64,000 nt of DNA from an uncultured Acidobacteriota bacterium (GTDB lineage: Bacteria > Acidobacteriota > UBA6911). Below, in pieces: positions 45,266-55,687 of the stretch; within the stretch, counting starts at the first letter, position 1; the number at the start of each line of letters is the position of its first letter. Under the pieces are notes generated by a model, which had not been told where the DNA came from, did no database searches, and saw nothing but the letters and a program-made list of their open reading frames with translations. Made by a program: the position numbers and the translations under genes. The stretch spans positions 224,001-288,000 of the forward strand of contig CAWHCF010000022.1 in the NCBI GenBank assembly GCA_963827655.1, written 5' to 3'.

Positions 45266-46232
45266 ATGAAAAGGCTGCACGCGTTTCTGGCCTTTGTCAC
45301 TTTGTTCACGATAGTTCTCGGTGGTATTCAAATTACACATGCGGCTGATTCAAAGGATGGACTAGTGGTTGAAGACAAAGCCTATTCCTTTCCGTCCTAT
45401 GAACAGGCGGTGCAAACCACTGAGGTGGAGAAGTACACCACCGAAAAGGCCTATGCTAAGGCTGTCAGCGATCGCCAGTTCGAGCTACGCAAACTAAGGT
45501 ACATGAGCGATGGCTTAAAGGTCGTCGCTTATCTTTACAAACCAACTCAAGTTCAAGGAAAGAAACTGCCCGCGATCATTTTCAACCGCGGCGGTGTAAT
45601 CAGAGGCGACATCGCGCCGGAACTCATCACTGTCTTGCAGCGACTCGCGTCGGAGGGCTTTGTGATTTTGGCGCCCATGTACCGGCAAAGCGATGGCAGT
45701 GAGGGTCGAGACGAGGTAGGAGGAGCAGACGTAAACGATTTGTTCAATATCTCTCCACTCGCGAATTCACACGGATTCGTCGACATGAATAACTTGTTCA
45801 TGTATGGCGAGTCGCGCGGTGGGATGATGACCTATCAAGCTGTCAAGAAAGGCTTCTCCATAAACGCGGCGGCTGTGTTTGGAGCCTTCACCGACTTGGG
45901 AGAACTGATGGCGTGGCGCCCTGACGTCTATCAACCAGCGATGCTAAAGCAACTCTGGCCCGGCTTCGACACAGAGAAAGACGAACATCATTAGGGTCAG
46001 GTCCGCTATCCAATGGCCCGAACAACTGAATGCGCCGTTACTGATCATGCACGGAACCGCTGACAAGAGCGTTAACCCAAGCCAGTCTCTCGCCTTGGCC
46101 CAGCAACTCCAGAAGTTAGGCAAGACCTATGAGCCGATCGTCTACGCGCAGGACAATCACTTCCTGTCACGCAACGAGGAAGACCGGGACAGGCGCGCCT
46201 TGGCCTGGTTCAAGAGGCACATGAAAAAGTGA
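45266..46232 (+). CDS. Secreted S9 (prolyl oligopeptidase-like) alpha/beta hydrolase; frameshift near 45990
   Basis: IIFNRGG, GESRGG, MHGTADKSV, DNH. Confidence 0.85.
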
Positions 46233-46300
46233 TTGATAATCCAAACCCAGGAGTTAAACCCATTTGTCCTGTTTACGCGCATCGGTCTCTCACCCATTAA

Positions 46301-46532
46301 GGGTTCGCGCAGAAATAAGTTCGCATTCTGCTGCAGGCCCCCAGGCCCGCTGGCGAGGCGCGAGCGACGATGCGTACCCGGTGCGGTACGTGAGGAGCGA
46401 GCAACAAAGCCAGCGGGCCTGCGGGCCGCAGCCGGAGGGGCGCGATCCTCAGCGTGATTAGCGAACAGAAACCGATTCATGATTGACCACCGACTCTCGC
46501 GCCAGAATGTGAAGTTATTTCTGCGCGAGCCC
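46301..46532. mobile_element. MITE-like element, copy 2 (232 bp), TAA direct repeats
   Basis: taa-GGGTTCGCGCAGAAATAA...TTATTTCTGCGCGAGCCC-taa. Confidence 0.9.
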
Positions 46533-46615
46533 TAAGCGGCAGGCCCGAATTGGGCGATGCCACGCTCTGCACTACCGACACGGGGATGCGCTCCACGTCG
46601 CCGGGTGAATCGCCG

Positions 46616-48494
46616 CTACGTCGGCGGGAACGTCAACTTGACCGCCTCGCCGCCCGAGGGCGCGCGGCGCGAATACACGCGCACCACCAGTTGGCCGGCG
46701 GCCAGGTCGCGCCGGTCCGAATACGGAAAATGTCAGCGTGCCGGTCGGCGCCGTCGCTGCGCCGCCGAACAATTGGTGCAAGGCCGCTGCGGGCTTCTCG
46801 CCCGCACGGTGGACCCAAACGGCCGTCACGCCGTCGCGTCGCAGGGCGTCCAGGTCCAGCTTGTAGGTCAGTCTTGACGTAGTCGCATCGTAGACCATTT
46901 CACCGAACGCACCGGTCATCCGTTTAGAGGCCGGCGCCTTGCCGCCAACCAGCGCCGGCGCGCTGAACGGAGCCTGTCTCACCTTCGCCGCCTGCTCGAA
47001 TGCATAGCCCAGCGCGAGCAGCTGTGGCTCGCTGAAGGCGGCGCCCAGCAGGTCGACACCGATCGGCAAACCGTCGTCGGTCCAGCCGGCCGCAAGTCCC
47101 AGGGCGGGCAGGCCCGAGCCGGCGCTCAACTGGCAGTTAGATCCGGCCTGCGGATCGCCGATGCGCGCGGGCTTGCGGCGCAGCGTCGGATAGGCGAGCG
47201 CGGCGAGCCGGTGCTCCTGCAGGACAGCTTCAACAGCCTGCCGAATCGCTTTGCGTTTGATCATCGCGCGCCGATACTGCTCGCTCTCGCGTTTCTCCAC
47301 CGCGTTGCGCGCGCGCAGGTTCGACTCGAGCGCCGCATGGTACAGCCCGCGCTCGAGAATCTCGCCGAGCGATCGCACCGGCGCGTCCGGCTGGCGGGCA
47401 AGATAGTCGGCGAAGTCGAACTTGAATTCGGCATTGATGAGGCTGCTGTCGCGCAGCAGATCGTCGAGGCCCGGGACGGCAACGTCGATCGTTTCGGCGC
47501 CCGCCTTCTTCATTGCCTCGAGCGCCTTGTTGAGCACCACCGTAACCTCCTGGTCCTCCGGCGCGGTGCCAAACAGGCTGCGAAGAACGCCGATGCGCGA
47601 GCCTTTGAGCGCGTCGGAAGAGAGCGCATCGCGGTACGACTTCGGGATGTGTCCCGCGCTCGCGCTCGTGACGGCGTCGGCTGGATCGGCGCCGACAGTT
47701 GCATCAAGCATGATCGCGAGATCTGCGATGGAGCGCGCGATGGGGCCGCCGATGTCCTGCGTGCTCGAAAGCGGCACGATGCCCGCGCGGCTCGACAATC
47801 CCTGGGTGCCGCGCAGACCGACGAGATTATTGTGGGACGCGGGATTCCGGATCGACCCGCAGGTGTCGCTCCCCATCCCCGCGACCGCGAAGTTCGCCGC
47901 CACGGCGGCACCGGTTCCGCCACTCGAACCGCCGGGATTCCGACCGAGGTCGTACGGGTTCCGGGTCTGGCCGCCGCTCGAGCCGATGTTGGTGATGCCG
48001 GAGGCGAGCTCATGCATGTTGGTCTTGCCGACGATGACCGCCCCGGCATTCTTCAAGCGCTGCACCTGGAAGGCGTCGCTGGCCGGATGAAACGACGCCA
48101 GCGCAATGGAACCCACGGTCGTGGGCATCTCCAGGGTCTCGTAGTTGTCCTTCACCACAATCGGGATGCCATGTAGCGGACCGCGCACCCGCCCGGCTTT
48201 TCGCTCGGCGTCCATTTTTTCCGCCGCGGACACCGCCTGCGGATTGAGCGCGACCATCGCGTTGAGGGCAGGACCCTGCTTGTCGTACGCGGCGATGCGC
48301 GCGAGGTAGATCTCGACCAGCCCGCGCGACGTGACCCGGCCGGCCTCCATCGCGGCTTGCAGCTCGTGGATGGATTTCTCCATCACGTCGAACCCCGAAG
48401 GTGGTTCCGCACCGGGTCGATGCGTCTGCGGGTGACCCGTATCAAGCGCCGCGCCGATTGCAAAAATGAGAACGAGCCGAGTGGTAATGTGCAT
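46616..48494 (-). CDS. Amidase-signature family protein with a C-terminal CHRD-like domain; frameshift near 46730
   Basis: GPLHGIPIVVKD, GKTNMHE, GGSSGG, GSDTCGSIR. Confidence 0.88.
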
Positions 48495-48565
48495 GATTCT
48501 ACGCGTTTCCTCGTGGCGGGTCTTGCCTTGAACGCTCACGGATAGGCTTCGCTGCTGTTTTGGGA

Positions 48566-48647
48566 TTCGTGTCTTTGAGTCTTAGTGGTGCTGGTTAGAC
48601 AGCTCTAACCACGAAGACACAAAGACACGAAGAAACACTAAGAGCCC
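48566..48647. repeat. Palindromic octamer element
   Basis: ...taaccacgaagacacaaagacacgaagaaacactaagagccc. Confidence 0.88.
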
Positions 48648-48792
48648 GCAGTATAGACGCGCCCGCCGAAGCTGTCGATGGATTCCAATGATTCTTGAGC
48701 GGCCACGGTTTGAATACGTGACCGTATTTATGAACCAGCCGGCTTAGTGTGCTATAAACGACGGCAGATCCGTCTCTTGAAGGAGCAATGCC

Positions 48793-50592
48793 ATGATGAA
48801 GACCATCCGTCTGCTTGTGCTTCTCCTGCTCGCGGCTTCCGCCGGCGCACGCCAGCTGCCGGAAGCGACCGAAGCGGGCGCTCGCCCCGGCCTGTCGCGC
48901 CCCGCCGTCGCCGGGCAACATGGCCTCGTGGTTGCCGGTCATCCCCTCGCTTCGATGGCCGGCGCCCGCACGCTGCTCAAGGGAGGGAGCGCAGCCGACG
49001 CCGCCGTTGCGATCCTGGCGACCCTCAATGTCGTCGAACCCGAGATGTCCGGGGCGGGGGGCAACGGCTTCATGCTCGTCTACGATCGCAAGAGCGAGAA
49101 GATCTACTCGCTGTCCATGACGGGCGCAGCCCCCAAGGCTCTTCGCCCCGAAGCCATGACGGCGGAGACACTCAGCACGGGTATCGACGCGGCTCCTGTG
49201 CCCGGCCTGTTCGGTGGCTGGATCGCAGTCCTCGAGCGGTTCGGTACGCTCCCGCTCGGCGATATCCTGCAGCCGGCGATCGACTACGCGGAGAACGGTT
49301 TCCCGGTCGACCCGCCGCTGGTGCGCAGCATCGAGTCGAGGCGGGCCGACTTGCAGCGCTTCCCGACGAGCGCGCGGATCTTCCTCCCCACCGCGCGCCC
49401 GCCCGCGGCGGGCGACCTCCTGAAGAACCGCGATCTGGCCGCGACCTTCCGCAAACTGATCGACTCCGAGACGGCGCTCTTGCGGCAGGGAAAACCGCGA
49501 ACCGACGCGCTGCGCGCGGCCCACGACCGCTTCTACCGTGGTGACATCGCCGCAGAAATCGTGCGGTTCACCAAGGAGGCCGGCGGTTCGATGTCCGCGG
49601 AGGACCTGGCCGCCTATCAGCCGCTCTGGTCTGAGGCGCTTCACACGACGTACCGTGGCTACGACGTCTACTCGACACCGCCGACCTCCCGGGGCGGGCT
49701 CGAGGTCCTGATGCAGCTTAACCTCGTCGAGAGCTACGACCTGAAAAGCCTCGGAGCCGGAAGCGCCGCGGCGCTGCACCTCCAGGCCGAAGCGATCAAG
49801 GTCGCGAAGTCCGACGTCTACCGCTACGTCGCCGACCCTCGGCTCACGCGGGTTCCCACGATCGCGCTGCTTTCCAAGGAGTATGCCGCCGCGCGGCGCA
49901 AGCTGATCGATGCGGCGAAGGCCGGCCCGTATCCCGAGCCTGGCATGCCCCAGGGTACCGAGCGTGCGCTCCGGGCACAGCGCGCACCCAGGGGCGAGAG
50001 CGTCGTTGAAGGCCACACGACAAGCTTCTCCGTCGTGGATCAGGCCGGCAATGCCGTTGTCTGCACGCCGACTCTCGGGAGCGGCTTCGGCACCGCCGTC
50101 GTGGTCGGTTCGACCGGCCTTCTCTTCAACAACGGCCTTCGGACTGGCTCAACGGCACCCTATTCCGATCACCCGAACTACGTTCGTCCAGGGCAGGTCC
50201 CTCTCCTCAACAACTCACCGATTCTCGTCTTCAAGGGCGGGCGGCTGGTCCTGACGCTGGGCTCGCCGGGCGGCGAGACGATCGGGCAGACGCAGTTCCA
50301 GGTCCTGATCAACGTGCTCGACTTCGAGATGCGGATCCAGGAGGCGATCGAGGCACCCCGATTCGCTCTCGATGCCTCGCCGAACTTCTACAAGCCTGGT
50401 GCCGGCATCCGCCTGCGGATCGAACAGGGGGCGGCGGCGGACGCGATCGCGCGCCTGCGCGCGCTGGGCCACTCGGTCTCCGTGATGCCGCGTGGTCTCG
50501 GCAGCATGCAGGGGATCCTGGTGGACCCGAAGACCGGCGCCCCGGCAGCGGGAGCGGATCCCAGGCGGCTGGGCTACGCGATCGGCTGGTGA
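48793..50592 (+). CDS. ggt: Gamma-glutamyltransferase family protein
   Basis: GGSAADAA, SGAGGNGF, HTTSFSVVD (catalytic Thr), GSPGG, GADPRR. Confidence 0.92.
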   Translation: MMKTIRLLVLLLLAASAGARQLPEATEAGARPGLSRPAVAGQHGLVVAGHPLASMAGARTLLKGGSAADAAVAILATLNVVEPEMSGAGGNGFMLVYDRKSEKIYSLSMTGAAPKALRPEAMTAETLSTGIDAAPVPGLFGGWIAVLERFGTLPLGDILQPAIDYAENGFPVDPPLVRSIESRRADLQRFPTSARIFLPTARPPAAGDLLKNRDLAATFRKLIDSETALLRQGKPRTDALRAAHDRFYRGDIAAEIVRFTKEAGGSMSAEDLAAYQPLWSEALHTTYRGYDVYSTPPTSRGGLEVLMQLNLVESYDLKSLGAGSAAALHLQAEAIKVAKSDVYRYVADPRLTRVPTIALLSKEYAAARRKLIDAAKAGPYPEPGMPQGTERALRAQRAPRGESVVEGHTTSFSVVDQAGNAVVCTPTLGSGFGTAVVVGSTGLLFNNGLRTGSTAPYSDHPNYVRPGQVPLLNNSPILVFKGGRLVLTLGSPGGETIGQTQFQVLINVLDFEMRIQEAIEAPRFALDASPNFYKPGAGIRLRIEQGAAADAIARLRALGHSVSVMPRGLGSMQGILVDPKTGAPAAGADPRRLGYAIGW

Positions 50593-50665
50593 GCGCGCCT
50601 TTTTTTCGTGAGGAGTCTTTTCCGGGATGTACGAGGCACCTTTGATCCTCAGGGTTTCGACAAGC

Positions 50666-50716
50666 CTTGGTGTTTCTTCGTGTCTTCGTGTCTTGGCGGT
50701 ATTGGTTCCGCAGCGT
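50666..50716. repeat. Single-arm octamer element
   Basis: cttggtgtttcttcgtgtcttcgtgtcttggcggtattggttccgcagcg; abuts the stop codon at 50717. Confidence 0.85.
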
Positions 50717-52787
50717 TCACTCCCGGCTGTTCCCGAAATGGAAATGCAGGACTGTTTCACTCGGAACGGCCTGATTGCCGCGGCGCGCAGGTGAGAATCG
50801 CCACTGGCGCGCCGCATCGGCCGCGATGCTCGAGAGATATTCCGTCAGGCTGTTTCCTTTTGAAAGCGGCTCAGTCCGAACCACAGTTCCGCCGGCGTCG
50901 ATGTAAACCTTGACATCCACCTGGAGACCCGCCACCGGGAGATTCCTCAGGCTCGAGGGAAGATAAGGCGCAACGCGGCGAACCGCCTGGGGTGCCACAT
51001 AGTCGGCACTCGGACCCTGAACGCCACCTGCGAGAGAATTCCGCGGGGCGGGCGCCTCCGGAGACGAATTCCTTTCTGGTACGATTCTGCTCGTCTCAGT
51101 CCTGACAGGTTCACTCTTGCTTGCCACAGGCGCGATCGGCTGGCCGGGCGGCTTCGCCGGCTTCCTCCGGCGGACGCGCGGCGTCGGTAACGTTGGGCGA
51201 GGACTCGGATGGGGACGACAGTCTGGCTTCGCCGGCGGGTACGACCGACGGCTTCGGTGGAGCAGACTGGCTGGCCGGTGGAGGGGCCGCCGGTTGCGGC
51301 ACATTGACCTCCGCGGCTTCCGATCGAGGCAAGGTAACCGGCTTCTCAGACGGTGATGGCGCCACTGGTGCCGCGCCGGACGACGGTTTCACCGCGGCCG
51401 GGGTTGAATCCAGAACGGGTTTCTCACTGGCTGCCACGGCCGGCGGCTGTTGGATATCAGCCTTAGCCTTCTCCGCCTCCGATCGGGACAAGGGAGCCGG
51501 CGTCTTAGACCGTGATGAATCAGTCAGGGGCGTCCCGACCGGCGTCTTCACCGCCGGAGGCGCCGGGTCAGGAACCGGTTTCTGGTTAACCGTGATGGGC
51601 GGCGGCGTCTCGACTCTAGTCGAAGCGGACTCCACTCTGGCTTGCGGCGGCGCGGGTGTGCCTGCTTGCCGGGCCCTGAGGATTCGTGCCGACTCGGTCG
51701 TCTCCCTGTCCGACCCGACTACCCTCAGGCGAACGGTGACATCGTCCGATTCGTGAGGATAGACCAGGGCGCCGGCTTGAAGCTGGTCCGTGCTCAGCGT
51801 CAGCTGCCTCCTGGCGGCCCGGTCGGCAATTGACAGAATGGCCTGTTTTGCGGACGCGATTGCGGGAGAACTTTTGTTCCAGGTGATGCGGAGTAAATCA
51901 TTTTCCACGGTAGCGGTCAGGTCCAATTCGGTAAGATCGTGACCCAGCGACCCAGTCGGCGCGACATCAGGCTTCAGCAGGTACTTGTAGCCGACGCCGC
52001 CGAGTACCAGGGCCAGGACTGCCATCGCCGGCCAGAGAAGACGCCGTCTGGCCTGCGATGGCGCGAATTGTGGAAGAGCGACGGTCTGGATGGGAGCTGG
52101 CTCGAGCATAGGCTCACGAACCAACTCCGAAGGATCGGATCTGAGATGGACGCACCACGGCTGGTGCGGGTCGAAGTTCGACTTCGGCCGAAGGGCTCGC
52201 CTCAACGGGCGCGCGGTGAGCCAACCTGGTACGGTTTAAAGGAAACACCAGCTTGGGATTCGACTCGACTCGTCCTTCTTCACAAAAGAAAAAAGCTCCC
52301 ATCGCGAGCCGCGCGCTTGAGGGTTGGATGAGCAGGATGGCGCCGACCGAATTCGGAAGGTATTCCTTCGCCAGGAGCATATCTTCATCATCGAGGTTAA
52401 CCGCCTCCCGGTTGTGGCTGCGGTAGTAACCGACGACATAGAGCTTCCTTCCCGGCCCGGGGTGCCATCTCGCCATCTGATCATGCATGAGTCGTTTGTC
52501 GGAACCCGAAAGATGGTAAACGGATCCGAACTGGTGCTCACAGGGAACGGGCGTAAAACCTTCGATGATGATTCTGCGGCGGGAATCGGATTCGATCCTG
52601 CCAAGCAGCAATCCACCGACTTCAGCACCACCTTCCGGCGGCGTAAGACTCCGCGTTATTTCATAGTCCAGCCATTCGACCGTGCTCAGATGCAGGTGAA
52701 CGGAGAGTTCAGTCTCAGGCACATCCCACACGGAAAACGTGGGGCCACGGAACCGTTTATTATCATGTCATCGGTGGAATTCTTCAT
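50717..52787 (-). CDS. JAB/MPN-like domain - TM - Pro-rich linker - TonB C-terminal protein 1; frameshifts near 52740, 52200 and 51150
   Basis: EVGGLLLG...VVGYYRSHNREAVNLDDED; TM LLWPAMAVLALVLGGVGY; C-terminal VDVKVYIDAGGTV...AARQWRFSPA. Confidence 0.75.
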
Positions 52788-52951
52788 GGTGGGCTTCCTT
52801 CACATCCTCAAGATCAGTCCCTACCGCATGCGTGGAACCTATGGGCGGGCGTGACTTTTGAGGATTATACCCAAAACCTGAGTCAGGAAGAGAGTTTTCT
52901 AGAGGAAATCGGTTACTTCGAAATGACTAGCCCGAATGGCTAACTCTCAGG

Positions 52952-53036
52952 GGTGTGTTTCTTCGTGTCTTGGTGGTATTTGTTCCATTGGCTCTAACCA
53001 CTAAGACACGAAGCCACGAAGAAACACTAAGAGCCC
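52952..53036. repeat. Palindromic octamer element
   Basis: gtgtttcttcgtgtcttggtggtatttgttcc...taaccactaagacacgaagccacgaagaaacactaagagccc; abuts the stop codon at 53037. Confidence 0.9.
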
Positions 53037-55428
53037 TTAGTCCTTTTTGAATTGGAACCCGACCACCGCGCTGCTCGACACGTTCTGACTCGCCTGCCGG
53101 GCAGGCGCGAAACGCCACTGACGCGCCGCCTCGAGCGCGAGAGAGGTAAGGAAGTCGTGTTTTCCTTTCGAGACCGGTTCAGCGCGGACCACTCTTCCCG
53201 TCGCGTCAATTTCTACCCTGACGTTGATTTGAACGTCCTCGCTAATCAGGTTACGAACGTTGGAAGGAGTCGAGGGCTTCACTTGCCGAAGAGGCCGCGG
53301 GGGCGTGTAGTCGCTCCGCGTCTCTGGCGCGGGTTGAGCCGAAGGCGGCGCGACCTCGGGCGGAGCGGGAGTTTTCTCGGGTAGCGCGACCGGTTTCGCC
53401 GGTTCGCGGGAGGTGGAAGCCGGCGGCTGTTCCTGAGCGGTCCGGGCGGTGTCGGGCGGACGCGCCGGTTCGGTGACCTTGGGGGGTGGCTCGACGGGCG
53501 GGCGCTGTGTCGTCTCACTCGGCAAGGGTGCCGAGGCGGTCTCGGCAGGGGGAGTAACTGGTTTCACTTGCTCCGGGGCAGTAGTTTGCGGGCGTTGGGG
53601 CTCGTCGCGCTGGGCGGCGACCTCGGCCGGCTTCCGCTCTACCACGCCCGGGCTCGAGACCGGGGGCGGAGGGAGGGTTGACCTTGCACTCGTCGCCCGG
53701 GATGTCGGAGGGGGTGTGGCTCGGGCTAGACTAAGCTGAGATGGCCCGGCGGCTTCAGGATTCCGGTTCCGGCGAGAGCTTTCGGTCTGGGCCCTGGTTC
53801 CCGATCCTCGGCCGCTACTCGGTGGAGACCGGTCGATTTTGATTGTGGGTACTCGATCTCTTGATTCTGCTCCAGACGCGCCCGAACGAGCAACCGCCGT
53901 GCTAACGACGCCGACTGCCGGGGTTGATTCGACGGTTTCGTCGTTCGCTCCGATAACCTGGAACGAAACGGTGACTTGACTGGTGTTATGGGTGAGAGAC
54001 TACGTTTCCGGTCTGCAGCTGGGGGGCTCCAAGATTCACGTTCCTTCTCTCACCGCCATCCAAAATCGATAAAGAGCCTCTTTTCGCCGTCGCGATCGAA
54101 GGTAAGTCTTGGTTCCAGCTCACGCGAAGTGAATCCCCTTCGAGCAGCACTTCCAGGCCCAGGGCAGCTGGTTGAAGGACGGTAACCTGCGGTCTCGTAA
54201 TGCCGAGGCTGCTGAAGAGTCCGGCTAGCGATTTCGGCATTTCTGATCCGCGCAGAAGTTGATAGCTCGCGGCACCGACAACCAGGATCAGGATGGCGAC
54301 GAGCATCATCCCTGCCCAGGACCGCCACCTCGGCGTCTCCGGTTCGATAAGGGGAAACATGGGTACCTGGCTCGGCAAAAACTCGAGCTCTGCCTGATCG
54401 GCCGCCTGAGGGAGAAGTTCTTCCAGTTCGAGTTCTTTCCCCTTGGGCGGCGCGTGACCGCGCCTTTCGGATGGTCTCGGAACGTGAGCTACCGGTTCGA
54501 ATTCTGTCTCCTCAGGCGGCTGGTGACCGCGCCTTGCCGACGGTCTGGGAGCGTGACCTTCCGGTTCGAATTCTGTCTCCTCGGACGGCAGGTGGTCTCG
54601 CCTTGGGAATGGCTTCGGGGCAACCGGCTCCGGTTCGAATTTTCTCTCCTCAGGCGGCTGGTGGCCGCGTCTTGCGGATGGTCTCGGAACGTGAGCTCCC
54701 GGTTCGGATTTTTTCTCCTCGGACGGCGGCTGGGCTCGCCTCGGGGGTGGCTTCGGGGCAAACGCCTCCGGTTCCAATTCTCCCTCGTCAGAAGCGGAAA
54801 ATGGCGGGGCCACGCCCTCCGGCATATCTTCTTCCTCTGTTTCCGGAAGGGAATCCAATGTCGTTTCGCCGCGGGTCAGCCGGCTTCGGCTGAAAGGAAA
54901 GATCAAGTTGCATTCGCGCTCGACATGCCCCTCGTCGCACAGGAAAAGACCACCCACGCGATCACGTTGCCCCACAGGTCTGATAAGCAGAAAGACGCCG
55001 ACCGAATCCGAGAAAAACTCCTTCGCCAGGGACACATCTTCGCCGTCCAGGCTGAAGTCTTCCCGGTTGTGACTCCGGTAAAACCCGACTACATAGAGGT
55101 TTCTTCCCGGACCGCGCTGCCACCGAAATAGCTGCTCCTGCAGGAGGTCCTTATCGGATTTAGAGAGGTGGTACAAGGAACCCGACTCGTATTCGCACAA
55201 CACCGGCGTGAAGCCTTCGATGGTAATCTTGTTCCACGCCTTCGATTCGATTCTGCCGAGGAGCAGCCCACCCACTTCGGCTCCCTCCGGTGCCCTCAAA
55301 CTCTCCCGGATCTCGTAGTCCAGCCATTCAACCGCGCTCAGATGCAGGTGTACCGCCATCCCGCGGTCGGGAATTTCCCATACACAGAAAGCCGAGATCG
55401 GCAATCGTCCAGTTCCAGCAGAACTCAT
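53037..55428 (-). CDS. JAB/MPN-like domain - repeats - TM - Pro-rich linker - TonB C-terminal protein 2; frameshift near 53995
   Basis: EVGGLLLG...VVGFYRSHNREDFSLDGED; TM MMLVAILILVVGAASY; C-terminal VRVEIDATGRV...AARQWRFAPA. Confidence 0.78.
54425..54781 (-). repeat. Intragenic 69-bp (23-aa) tandem repeat, about 5 copies
   Basis: GGTTC anchors at 54494, 54563, 54632, 54701 and 54770; unit like EFEPEGHAPRPSARRGHQPPEET. Confidence 0.9.
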
Positions 55429-55457
55429 AGTTTCAAAAGGGCCGCGCTCAAGATTAA

Positions 55458-55535
55458 TGGTGTTTCTTCGTGTCCTGGTGTGTCAGAGGTATTGTTTTGC
55501 AGCCCTGACCACGAAGACGCCAAGAACACGAAGAC
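55458..55535. repeat. Palindromic octamer element
   Basis: tggtgtttcttcgtgtcctggtg...gaccacgaagacgccaagaacacgaagac. Confidence 0.82.
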
Positions 55536-55687
55536 TGAACGCTTCATTAATACTCTACCAGTAATCGGCAACTCCAGTCTCTTCTCTTAAACCTTACGAG
55601 TTTGAGAAGACAACAGATTTTAATCATATCATTCTTCGGTCTTTGCGTCTTTCTGGTTAATTTTTAGATACAAGAGAAACCCGAATC

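Noticed and set aside
50717-55428. Bacterial ubiquitin-like or CBASS defence system
   Set aside because: No E1/E2, Ubl or CD-NTase genes nearby, and the JAMM motif is altered and membrane-tethered.
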